Assembly: GCA_937925335.1 (NCBI GenBank)
Contig: CALEWY010000008.1
Location: forward strand, 66-64,065
DNA from: an uncultured Acidimicrobiales bacterium
GTDB lineage: Bacteria > Actinomycetota > Acidimicrobiia > Acidimicrobiales > SZUA-35
Reading direction: 5' to 3'
Length of the DNA: 64,000 nt
Positions 17,126 through 25,251 of the stretch are shown in pieces. Position numbers and translations under genes: made by a program. The number at the start of each line of letters is the position of its first letter. Within the stretch, counting starts at the first letter, position 1. The notes beneath the pieces were generated by a model that saw nothing but the letters and a program-made list of their open reading frames with translations, made no database searches and had not been told where the DNA came from.

Positions 17126-17212
17126 GTGAGCACTCGGTTTTTGATGATCCTCTCGCTGCTTTGTGGCATCGCAATCCTTGCTGCGTTCGCCATCCAGATC
17201 ACGTTGCTCTGA
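17126..17212 (+). CDS. Possible 28-aa hydrophobic peptide upstream of lpdA (speculative)
   Basis: GTG-started ORF VSTRFLMILSLLCGIAILAAFAIQITLL with a TGA stop. It is too short for the ORF track and has no homology support. Confidence 0.2.
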   Translation: MSTRFLMILSLLCGIAILAAFAIQITLL

Positions 17213-17335
17213 GCCCTCAACGCCGCGGCGGTGCGGCTGGTTGAGGTCGCCGTCGTCACGTTGGTCAGAGTCGAGGCTCGGCCCAGCTAGAGTCGACGGT
17301 GCCCGCCCGACCACCTTGGTCGGAGCCCCCCGGAG

Positions 17336-18751
17336 GTGGTCCCCCTGACCAATCAGCACTTCGACGTCTTCGTCATCGGCGGAGGTCCCGGTGGTTATGC
17401 CGCAGCGCTCTATGGCGCATCGGCTGGCCTCAACATCGGCTTGGTGGAACGCCACAAGCTCGGTGGAACCTGTCTCAATGTCGGGTGTATCCCGGCGAAG
17501 GAATTGCTTGAGACCGCAGCCGTCAAGCGGGCGGTCGATCACGCTGGTGCGTTTGGTGTCATGGCTGAGACGACCGGCGTCGACTGGTCGAAGACGCTCG
17601 AGCGCAAACAAGCGATCGTCAACCAGCTCGTCGGTGGTGTCACCGGCCTGCTGAAGAACCGCAAGGTCACGATCTTTGACGGCACCGGAACCCTTGGCGC
17701 CGACCACACGAGTGTTGCGATCAGTGGCGGTGAATCGGGTGACGTCACCATCACCGCCGATTCGGTCATCCTCGCAGCGGGTTCGGTCCCGCGGACCATT
17801 CCAGGTTTCCCGATCGATGAGCGCCAGATCGTCACGTCCGACGAGATGTTGTCGATTCCTGAGCTGCCTTCATCCGCCATCGTGATCGGTGGTGGAGCGA
17901 TCGGTTGTGAGTTCGCCTCGATGATGAGTGATCTCGGCACGAAGGTGACGATCGTCGAAGCAGCTCCGTCGATTCTCGTGAACTGCGACATCGACGTCGT
18001 CAAGGTCGTCGAGCGCTCGTTCAAAAAGCGTGGCATCGATGTCCACGCCGGCGTCATGGTGACCGGCCAAGAAACTGGACCCGACGGTGTCACCGTCAGC
18101 TTCGGTGAGGGTGAAAGTGTCACCGCTGACACGGTCGTCGTGTCGATTGGTCGCCGACCGTTCTCCGAAACGCTCGGGCTCGAAAGCACGCAGGTTCAGG
18201 TCGATGATCGAGGCTTCATCGTCGCCGACGGATACATGCGGACCACCGCCGACGGCGTCTGGGCGGTTGGCGACGTCGTCAACACTGCGCAGCTTGCTCA
18301 CGCTGCCTTCATGGAAGGCATCATCGCCATCACCGACATCCTCGGTGAAGAAGCCATGCCGATCGATTACGACAAGCTGCCGTGGTGCATCTATTGCCAC
18401 CCCGAGGTTGCGTTCGCCGGCTTAACGGAAGCTCAGGCCAAGGACGCCGGCTACGACGTTGTGATCTCGAAGCACCGCTACTCCGGAAACGGCCGAGCAA
18501 TGATCGTCGGTGAGACCGATGGTCTCGTGAAGATCGTCGCTGAGAAACTTTCTGATGGCACCGGTGGTCGAATCCTCGGCGTACACCTCGCTGGTCCGTG
18601 GGTGACCGAACAGCTCGGACAGGGTTACCTGGCCGTCAACTGGGAAGCCACGGCTCGAGAGGTTGCTGGTTTGATCCAGCCGCACCCAACGCTGAGCGAG
18701 TTGTTCGGAGAGAGCGTCATGGCACTCACCGGGCGATCCCTGCACGGCTGA
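17336..18751 (+). CDS. lpdA: Dihydrolipoyl dehydrogenase (E3)
   Basis: FDVFVIGGGPGGY FAD motif, redox-active CLNVGCIPAK, and C-terminal HPTLSE interface motif. Confidence 0.95.
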   Translation: MVPLTNQHFDVFVIGGGPGGYAAALYGASAGLNIGLVERHKLGGTCLNVGCIPAKELLETAAVKRAVDHAGAFGVMAETTGVDWSKTLERKQAIVNQLVGGVTGLLKNRKVTIFDGTGTLGADHTSVAISGGESGDVTITADSVILAAGSVPRTIPGFPIDERQIVTSDEMLSIPELPSSAIVIGGGAIGCEFASMMSDLGTKVTIVEAAPSILVNCDIDVVKVVERSFKKRGIDVHAGVMVTGQETGPDGVTVSFGEGESVTADTVVVSIGRRPFSETLGLESTQVQVDDRGFIVADGYMRTTADGVWAVGDVVNTAQLAHAAFMEGIIAITDILGEEAMPIDYDKLPWCIYCHPEVAFAGLTEAQAKDAGYDVVISKHRYSGNGRAMIVGETDGLVKIVAEKLSDGTGGRILGVHLAGPWVTEQLGQGYLAVNWEATAREVAGLIQPHPTLSELFGESVMALTGRSLHG

Positions 18752-18802
18752 TCGACTCAGCGCCGTTCACAATCGGTGGGAACACGAGCCGATGAGAACT
18801 GT

Positions 18803-18950
18803 TAGAACACACTGCACCGCTAGAACAGACTGCACCGCTAGAACACCACATTCCTCAAGCACTGCATTCGTAAGCACTCATTCGTAAGCACTCATTCGTA
18901 AGCACTGCAGTCCTAGGCACTGCACCCGCAATCCGCACACCCGTAGAAAC
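18803..18950. repeat. Decayed tandem-repeat array in the lpdA-E2 intergenic region
   Basis: TAGAACA(C/G)ACTGCACCGC x2, TAAGCACTCATTCG x2, and related TAAGCACTGCA / TAGGCACTGCA units. CACTGCA occurs 5 times. Local GC is visibly lower than the surroundings. Confidence 0.7.
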
Positions 18951-18967
18951 ACCAGGAGCCTCGAACC

Positions 18968-20386
18968 GTGGCCGATATCGAAATGCCCCAGCTGGGCGAA
19001 ACCGTGACCGAAGGAACCATCACCCGATGGTTCAAGCAGGTTGGCGAGAGCATTGCCATGGACGAGGTGCTGTTCGAGGTCTCGACCGACAAGGTCGACA
19101 CCGAGGTCCCTTCACCCGTCGCCGGAACCATCGCCGAGATCCGCGTCCCCGAGGGTGACACCGTCGACGTTGGCACCGTGCTTGCCGTCGTTGGTGACGC
19201 AGGTGCTGCTCCGGCCGCCGCTGCCGCACCAGCCGCTGAACCAGCTCCAGCTCCAGCTGCCGCCCCAGCTCCGGCGCCTGCCCCCGCTCCTCCGGTTGCG
19301 GAACCAGCTCCCGTTGCCGCACCCCCGGCCGAGCCGGCCCCAGCGCCTGCTCCGGCAGCTCCGGCGCCAGCACCTGCTGCCGCATCCAACCCAGCACCTG
19401 CTGCCGCATCCAACACCGCCGGCAAGGTCTTGTCACCGGTCGTTCGCCGTCTCGTCAACGACTACGGCATCGATGTCGATCAGATCGCCGGTTCAGGCCT
19501 CGGTGGCCGCATCTCTCGAGATGACGTGCAGCGCTACATCGAAGCCAACCAGCTTCAGCCAGCCGCCGCACCGGCTGCTGCACCCGCACCCGCGGCGCCA
19601 GCTGCGCCTGCACCCGCTGCCGCCCCGGTCGCCGCTGCTGCACCGTCAGCGCCGGTGCCTCAAGCCGGCGCTCGTGACACGGTTGTCCCGCTCTCCAACA
19701 TCCGTCTTCGCACCGGTGAGCACATGGTGATGTCGAAAGCGACGGCACCACACACGCTCACTGCGATCGAGATCGACTACGAAGGTGTCGACCAGATCCG
19801 CAAGGCACACGGCGCTGGATTCAAAGCCGACGAAGGCTTCAGCCTCACCTATCTTCCGTTCATCACCCGGGCGGTCGTCGATGCGCTGCGCGAATATCCG
19901 CACCTGAACGCATCGGTCGGCGATGGCGAGCTCATCGTTCACTCCGAGGTCAACATGGCTGTCGCCGTCGACCTCGACTTCCAGGGTCTCCTCGCCCCGG
20001 TCGTACGCGGCGCTGACGGAAAGCGCATGCGCACGATCGCTCGTGACATCGTCGACGTGGCTCGCCGTGCCCGCTCCAAGCAGCTCTCACCAGACGATCT
20101 TTCTGGCGGAACCTTCACGCTGACCAACGCCGGTAGCTACGGCACGATGATGCAATTCCCGATCATCAACCAGCCCCAGGTTGCGATCCTCTCGACCGAC
20201 GCCGTCAAGCGCAAGCCGGTCGTCGTCGAAGATACCTATGGCAACGAGAGCATCGTCATCCACTCCGTCGGTGTGCTCGCCATGGCATGGGATCACCGTG
20301 CGATCGACGGCGCATACGCCGCAGCCTTCCTCGCCCGAGTGCGAGAGATCATTGAGACCCGTGACTGGGAACCAGAGCTCGGCTGA
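18968..20386 (+). CDS. sucB: Dihydrolipoamide acyltransferase E2 (lipoyl domain, PA-rich linker, PSBD, catalytic domain)
   Basis: Lipoyl-lysine context VSTDKVDTEVPSP, long Pro/Ala linkers, PSBD SPVVRRLV..GSGLGGRI, and catalytic DHRAIDG. AGGAG lies 10 nt before GTG 18968. Confidence 0.93.
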   Translation: MADIEMPQLGETVTEGTITRWFKQVGESIAMDEVLFEVSTDKVDTEVPSPVAGTIAEIRVPEGDTVDVGTVLAVVGDAGAAPAAAAAPAAEPAPAPAAAPAPAPAPAPPVAEPAPVAAPPAEPAPAPAPAAPAPAPAAASNPAPAAASNTAGKVLSPVVRRLVNDYGIDVDQIAGSGLGGRISRDDVQRYIEANQLQPAAAPAAAPAPAAPAAPAPAAAPVAAAAPSAPVPQAGARDTVVPLSNIRLRTGEHMVMSKATAPHTLTAIEIDYEGVDQIRKAHGAGFKADEGFSLTYLPFITRAVVDALREYPHLNASVGDGELIVHSEVNMAVAVDLDFQGLLAPVVRGADGKRMRTIARDIVDVARRARSKQLSPDDLSGGTFTLTNAGSYGTMMQFPIINQPQVAILSTDAVKRKPVVVEDTYGNESIVIHSVGVLAMAWDHRAIDGAYAAAFLARVREIIETRDWEPELG

Positions 20387-20438
20387 GACTCCCTCCGGGG
20401 GTCGTTCAGGCCACGAAGGCCAGGCTGCGCCTTTTCGG

Positions 20439-22124
20439 GTGCGGTGGCTTGGACGCGTCGACTACGCAGAGGCGTGGGATCTTCAGCAGTCGCTCTTCGC
20501 CGGCACGGCAGATCACCTGCTTCTCCTCGAGCACCCACCCGTCTACACGATGGGTGTTCGAGGCGATGAGGCGAACATCCTCGTCGACCCCGCATCGGTC
20601 GGAGCTGAACTTCACCGCGTGAATCGTGGGGGTGACGTCACCTTCCACGGCCCCGGCCAACTCGTTGGCTACCCGATCGTGAACGTTGCCGGCAAGCGCG
20701 GCGGCGGCATGGCCGACACGGTTGCGTTCGTCACCGCGATCGAACAGATCATCATCGACGTGGTCGCCGACTTGGTCGGTTCGATTGAGCGAACGGTCGG
20801 GCGCCTCGACGGTTTCCCCGGCGTCTGGATCGACCACGAAAGCAATCAGCCCCGCAAGATCGCCGCGGTCGGCGTGCGCCTCAGCCGCGGCCGTTCGATG
20901 CATGGCTTTGCGCTCAACGTTTCGGTCGACCACGAGTGGTTCGATCACATCGTTCCATGCGGCATCGCCGATAAGGCCGTCACGTCCCTCGCCGCCGAAG
21001 GTGTCGAGATATCCATGGCCGAGGTCACCGATCTCATCGCCGCTCGAGCGGCGGCGGTTCTTGCCCCTGGCCGACCGGTGGAACGAGCCGACGTCGCATG
21101 GCGCCACGCGGTCTCGGATCTTTCAGCGTTTTCGCGCGGCGAGGGTCCCGGCGACGTGATCAAGCCGGAACGTCCAGCAGCTCAAGACAAACCCGAGCGG
21201 GCCGGTGTCCCCGTGCAACTCGGCCGTCGTTTGGATCAGGCCGGGGTCTCCGACGGGATGGAAATCGGCGCTCGCAAGCCCGAGTGGATGCGCGTCAAAC
21301 TCTCGACGGGTGAGAACTACCGCAAGCTCAAGCAGACGTCTCGCGAGCTTGGGCTTGTCACCGTGTGTGAAGAGGCCGGTTGTCCAAACATCTTCGATTG
21401 CTGGAATGAAGGCACCGCCACGTTCATGTTGCTTGGCGAGCGCTGCACCCGAGCGTGCGGATTCTGCCTTGTCGACACGCGAAAGCCAGAGGCCGTCGAC
21501 CTTCAGGAGCCGCTTCGGGTGGCGAAAGCAATCGCTGATCTCGGCATCGACTTTGCCGTGTTGACGATGGTCGCCCGTGATGATCTCGACGATGGGGGAG
21601 CAAACATCGTCGCCGAGTCCGTGCGTGAGATCCGCAAGCAGGCTCCCGGTGTAGGCGTCGAAGTGCTGATCTCCGATCTTCGCGGCTCGGCCGAGTCGCT
21701 CCGAGTCGTCGTCGATTCACAACCCGACATCGTGAACCACAACATCGAAACGGTTGCGCGATTGCAGCGAGCTGTTCGTCCTTCAGCGAGTTATGCCCGA
21801 AGCCTGACCTTGCTCGCTCGAGCCAAGGCGCAAGGGGCGACGACGAAGTCGGGAATCATTGTTGGTATGGGTGAGAAGCCCGACGAAGTTGAAGCAACAC
21901 TTGCCGACTTGGCCGCGATCGGAGTCGACATCGTCACGATCGGCCAATACCTGCGGCCGACGACAAACCATCTGCCGATTCAGCGCTGGGTTACGCCGGA
22001 CGAGTTTGCCGAATTCAAGCTGATCGGTGAAGGCCTTGGGATCGCTCACGTCGAGTCGAGTCCGCTGACTCGCTCGAGCCATCACGCTGGTTCGGTCGCA
22101 ACGGGTCTGCACGCCACCATCTGA
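20439..22124 (+). CDS. lipB/lipA: Octanoyltransferase LipB and lipoyl synthase LipA in a single continuous ORF (predicted fusion)
   Basis: LipB motifs HPPVYTMG, RGGDVTFHGPGQLVGYP, RKIAAVGVRL and VPCGI span about 20439-21150. LipA motifs RKPEWMRVK, CEEAGCPNIFDC, CTRACGFC and SSPLTRSSHHA span about 21200-22124. There is no stop codon in between, since the ORF track shows one ORF 20181..22124. Confidence 0.85.
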   Translation: MRWLGRVDYAEAWDLQQSLFAGTADHLLLLEHPPVYTMGVRGDEANILVDPASVGAELHRVNRGGDVTFHGPGQLVGYPIVNVAGKRGGGMADTVAFVTAIEQIIIDVVADLVGSIERTVGRLDGFPGVWIDHESNQPRKIAAVGVRLSRGRSMHGFALNVSVDHEWFDHIVPCGIADKAVTSLAAEGVEISMAEVTDLIAARAAAVLAPGRPVERADVAWRHAVSDLSAFSRGEGPGDVIKPERPAAQDKPERAGVPVQLGRRLDQAGVSDGMEIGARKPEWMRVKLSTGENYRKLKQTSRELGLVTVCEEAGCPNIFDCWNEGTATFMLLGERCTRACGFCLVDTRKPEAVDLQEPLRVAKAIADLGIDFAVLTMVARDDLDDGGANIVAESVREIRKQAPGVGVEVLISDLRGSAESLRVVVDSQPDIVNHNIETVARLQRAVRPSASYARSLTLLARAKAQGATTKSGIIVGMGEKPDEVEATLADLAAIGVDIVTIGQYLRPTTNHLPIQRWVTPDEFAEFKLIGEGLGIAHVESSPLTRSSHHAGSVATGLHATI

Positions 22125-22146
22125 GATTGCGGCCAGGTCGGTTCGG

Positions 22147-22545
22147 CTAGCCAGGGGGAGGGTTGCCCTCGCAACCCTGCCACTCGACCCACTGTTCGTT
22201 GAACGCAAACACGGCGTCGAGGACAGGGACGAGACCATGGCCCTTGTCGGTCAGCGCGTAGCCGACCTCTCGGCCGCGGCGAGTGCGCTGGACCATGCCT
22301 TCGGTCTCGAGTTCTTTGAGCCGATCCGAGAGCAGCCGGTCGCTGATACCGGGGATTGCTTCTTTGATCGCGGTAAACCCAAGCTCGCCGCGCATGAGTT
22401 CGAGGATGACGACCCCGGTCCACCGCCGACCGACCGTTTCGATCGTGTGGTGGAACGCGGGGCAGTACTTGGCGCACTCGCCCGCTTCGGTGGCGTCGGG
22501 AGCTGCAGGAGGGGCAGACTCATCCGCTGGGGAGACCGAGGGCAT
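22147..22545 (-). CDS. HxlR-family winged-helix transcriptional regulator
   Basis: CPAFHHTIETVGRRWTGVVILEL...FTAIKEAIPGISDRLLSDRLKELE is the typical HxlR signature. Confidence 0.85.
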   Translation of the reverse strand: MPSVSPADESAPPAAPDATEAGECAKYCPAFHHTIETVGRRWTGVVILELMRGELGFTAIKEAIPGISDRLLSDRLKELETEGMVQRTRRGREVGYALTDKGHGLVPVLDAVFAFNEQWVEWQGCEGNPPPG

Positions 22546-22572
22546 GGCGAGAGCGTAGTGAACCGAACGCTG

Positions 22573-23160
22573 TCAGGCAGCAACGCTCAGCGACGCCACC
22601 TGATCGCGAGCAGCCTGCATGCCGGCTTCGGGGTCGACGGCGAGGCCTTCCGCGCTGATGATCGTGACGTCGGTGAGTCCGAGGAATCCCAGGAACGTGG
22701 TGAGCCATGGCGTGGCAAAGTCCATCGGGGAACCGACCGGCACGCCACCAGCTGCGACCACGATGTAGACGGGACGGTTGTCGAGCAAGCCCTCGGGGCC
22801 AGTCTCGGAGTACCGGAAGGTCTGGCCAGCGCGGGCGACGAGATCAGCCCATGCCTTGAGGGCACCCGGCACGCCGAAGTTGTAGATCGGGGCGCCGATG
22901 ACGATGGCGTCGGCTGCCTTCAGCTCGGCGATGAGCTGGTCGGAGATCGCAAGGGCTGGCGCCGATTCTGGCGAGCGTTCGTCGGCGGGTGTGGCGAGGT
23001 TGGCGGTGACAGGCCCGTCGAGGAGAGGGAGACCCTCGATGAGATCGCGGTCGACGATGGTGGCGTCGGCCCCGGCGATACGGGCGATCGTGGCGTCCAC
23101 GAGCTCACGGGTGGCCGATTCGGCCGGCTTGGTGCTCGAGTTGATTTGAAGAATGTTCAT
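22573..23160 (-). CDS. azoR: FMN-dependent NADH-azoreductase
   Basis: MNILQINSS..., AADAIVIGAPIYNFGVPGALKAW, and a flavodoxin-like fold pattern. Confidence 0.85.
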   Translation of the reverse strand: MNILQINSSTKPAESATRELVDATIARIAGADATIVDRDLIEGLPLLDGPVTANLATPADERSPESAPALAISDQLIAELKAADAIVIGAPIYNFGVPGALKAWADLVARAGQTFRYSETGPEGLLDNRPVYIVVAAGGVPVGSPMDFATPWLTTFLGFLGLTDVTIISAEGLAVDPEAGMQAARDQVASLSVAA

Positions 23161-23183
23161 CGGGGTTCCTTTGAAGAGAAGTG

Positions 23184-23214
23184 ACTTACAAAGAATAAGT
23201 AATTATTTGTAAGT
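23184..23214. promoter_or_regulatory. Palindromic operator candidate upstream of azoR-hxlR
   Basis: ACTTACAAA-N13-TTTGTAAGT with perfect 9-bp inverted arms, in a strikingly AT-rich 80-bp gap. It lies 24-54 bp upstream of the azoR ATG. Confidence 0.4.
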
Positions 23215-23241
23215 TGTTACGTCTTCGAACCGAGACTTCTG

Positions 23242-23523
23242 TCACGCCTTTTTCTTCGAGTCCTTGCCCTTCGCTCCGGACTTCTTTGATGACGACGTGC
23301 CCTTCGCCGGTTTGGCCGCCATCGAGAACCAAATCTTGGCGACCACGATCCACACGAGGTGCAACAGCATCACGATGAGCTTGCCTCGCAGCGCCCAGCC
23401 GATGCCTGCGATAATCACGCCGAGCTGGTGTCCGAAGAGGCCGAGGCTGTTTCGCTTCTCGATGATCGTCGAAAAACGAAACAAGACGGGGATGGCAAGG
23501 CCGTATCCGAGGAGAAAGAGCAT
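23242..23523 (-). CDS. Small membrane protein with Lys-rich C-terminal tail
   Basis: 93 aa, MLFLLGYGLAIPVLF... with about 3 TM segments, ending KKSGAKGKDSKKKA. GC3 is high on this strand. The longer ORF to 23769 would overlap nthB. Confidence 0.45.
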   Translation of the reverse strand: MLFLLGYGLAIPVLFRFSTIIEKRNSLGLFGHQLGVIIAGIGWALRGKLIVMLLHLVWIVVAKIWFSMAAKPAKGTSSSKKSGAKGKDSKKKA

Positions 23524-23568
23524 GGTGCTCGCGGGATGCACAGCCCCAAGAGTGCCAGACTGACCGCT

Positions 23569-24279
23569 ATGTCTGGTGCCTCCGATCCGATTGTTGAATC
23601 GCCGAGTCGTGTCGATCGGCCGCCGCATGACCTCGGCGGCCGCTCCGGCTACGGGCCAGTCCGCACCGACGAGGGCGAGATCTTTGGCGAGCCGTGGGAG
23701 CCCAGAGCCTTCGCCGTGACCCAGTTCGCTCAGGGTCTCTCCGAGTTCAATACCGACGCGTTCCGCCACGGCATCGAACGTGAAGACCCTGATCTATACG
23801 CAACACTCGGCTACTTCGATCGATGGATTCGAAACGCCGAGCGGATGCTGGTGGAGGGTGGTGTGGTCGCAACCGACGCCGTGTCGGCCAGGCTCGCCGG
23901 CGAGGAACCCATCGGCAGGACCGAACGGACGACTGACGCGACGGCCCCGCTTGGTCGAGGAGCGGCTCGACCAACCTCGAGTCCGCAGCTCTTCGACGTT
24001 GGCGACCGAGTGCGAGTGCTCCACGGCGTCGATCATTCGGGTCACTCGAGGATTCCCGGCTACGTCCGTGGTCAGGCAGGCATCGTCGAGATCGTGAACG
24101 ACAGCTGGGTCTTTCCCGATACCCACGCACACGGTCGAGGTGAGGAGCCGTGCTGGGTCTATGCCGTTCGATTCGACGCCGCAGCACTTTGGCCCGAAGA
24201 TGCGATCGTGGCTGGCAGCCAATCTGTGGTGGTCGACCTCTACGAGCCGTACCTGACCCTCGATCGAAAGAGCGACTGA
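23569..24279 (+). CDS. nthB: Nitrile hydratase beta subunit
   Basis: PPHDLGG near the N-terminus, EPWE.RAFA, and C-terminal [10 protein letters not shown]...FPD.....E..Y.V.F. Confidence 0.9.
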   Translation: MSGASDPIVESPSRVDRPPHDLGGRSGYGPVRTDEGEIFGEPWEPRAFAVTQFAQGLSEFNTDAFRHGIEREDPDLYATLGYFDRWIRNAERMLVEGGVVATDAVSARLAGEEPIGRTERTTDATAPLGRGAARPTSSPQLFDVGDRVRVLHGVDHSGHSRIPGYVRGQAGIVEIVNDSWVFPDTHAHGRGEEPCWVYAVRFDAAALWPEDAIVAGSQSVVVDLYEPYLTLDRKSD

Positions 24280-24935
24280 TGAGCTCAGACCACGACCATC
24301 ACGATCACGGCCCTCACGATCACGGCCCTCACGATCACGGACACAGCCACGCCGTGGACAAAAACGACCCCAGCCTGCGCGTGGAAGCGATCGAATCACT
24401 TCTCGTCGAGGCTGGATTGGTGACCTCGGAGAAGATCGACGCACTTGTCGATCGGTACCAGCACGACATCGGTCCGATGAACGGCGCCAGGGTTGTCGCC
24501 AAGGCGTGGACCGATCCGGACTACCGGGCTCGTTTGCTCGACGACGCAACGGCAGCCATCGCCGAGCTCGGTTACGGCGGCGCCCAGGGCGAGAAGATGG
24601 TGGCGGTCGAGAACACCGACGACGTCCACAACCTCGTCGTGTGCACGTTGTGTTCGTGTTACCCGTGGCCGGTGCTTGGGCTGCCCCCGTCGTGGTACAA
24701 GTCGCACGAATATCGAGCAAGGGCGGTGCGCGAACCTCGAGCCGTGCTGAAGGAGTTCGGCACCGACGTTGCTGACGAGACAGAGATCAAGATCTGGGAC
24801 AGCTCGGCGGAGATCCGCTACCTCGTCCTGCCGCAACAACCGCCGGGCACCGACGGGTTGGGCGAAGAAGAACTCGCTCGCCTGGTGGGTCGCGACGCGA
24901 TGATCGGTGTTCGTTTGGCCGGGGTGGAGTCATGA
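24279..24935 (+). CDS. nthA: Nitrile hydratase alpha subunit, cobalt type, with His-rich N-terminal extension
   Basis: Metal site [17 protein letters not shown] (the Thr/Tyr variant is the Co type). ATGA overlap with the nthB stop. The N-terminus is [24 protein letters not shown]. Confidence 0.95.
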   Translation: MSSDHDHHDHGPHDHGPHDHGHSHAVDKNDPSLRVEAIESLLVEAGLVTSEKIDALVDRYQHDIGPMNGARVVAKAWTDPDYRARLLDDATAAIAELGYGGAQGEKMVAVENTDDVHNLVVCTLCSCYPWPVLGLPPSWYKSHEYRARAVREPRAVLKEFGTDVADETEIKIWDSSAEIRYLVLPQQPPGTDGLGEEELARLVGRDAMIGVRLAGVES

Positions 24936-25246
24936 CGAACAGCCTCGAGTTGGCGAACGATGGCCCGTCAGCACCGCCTCGGGCCAACGGCGAACTGATC
25001 TTCGATGCACCGTGGCAAAGCCGAGCATTCGGGATCGCCGCTGCGCTTGTCGAGGACGGCCGTTTGGACTGGCCGCAGTTCCAGGCCGCGCTGATCGAGA
25101 CCGTGCCTCATCATGAGAACTATTGGGATGCTTGGCTGGTGTCGCTGGTCGACCTCACTGAGACGAACGACCTGATCGCTCCGTCCAGCCTTGTGTTGCG
25201 CACCACCGAATTGTTTGAGCGGCCGGCTGGCCACGATCACGGTTGA
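24932..25246 (+). CDS. Nitrile hydratase accessory (activator) protein
   Basis: 104 aa, [16 protein letters not shown]...W..F, resembling the NHase beta-homologue accessory protein family. 4-nt overlap with nthA. Confidence 0.8.
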   Translation: MTNSLELANDGPSAPPRANGELIFDAPWQSRAFGIAAALVEDGRLDWPQFQAALIETVPHHENYWDAWLVSLVDLTETNDLIAPSSLVLRTTELFERPAGHDHG

Positions 25247-25251
25247 CCCGA

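Noticed and set aside
20181-20438. 5' extension of the lipB-lipA ORF back to ATG 20181
   Set aside because: It would overlap the last 200 nt of the E2 gene in another frame, and the encoded Ser/Pro/Arg-rich peptide has no LipB homology. GTG 20439 coincides with the onset of LipB similarity (VRWLGRVDY).
23359-23568. Upstream extension of the nthB ORF
   Set aside because: It overlaps the small membrane-protein gene on the opposite strand. NHase beta homology (PPHDLGG) starts just after ATG 23569.
24279-24935. Nitrile-hydratase-like leader peptide (NHLP) RiPP precursor idea
   Set aside because: The protein is full-length, keeps the VCTLCSC metal site, and sits between genuine beta and accessory subunit genes. 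No cyclodehydratase, radical-SAM maturase or transporter is nearby.
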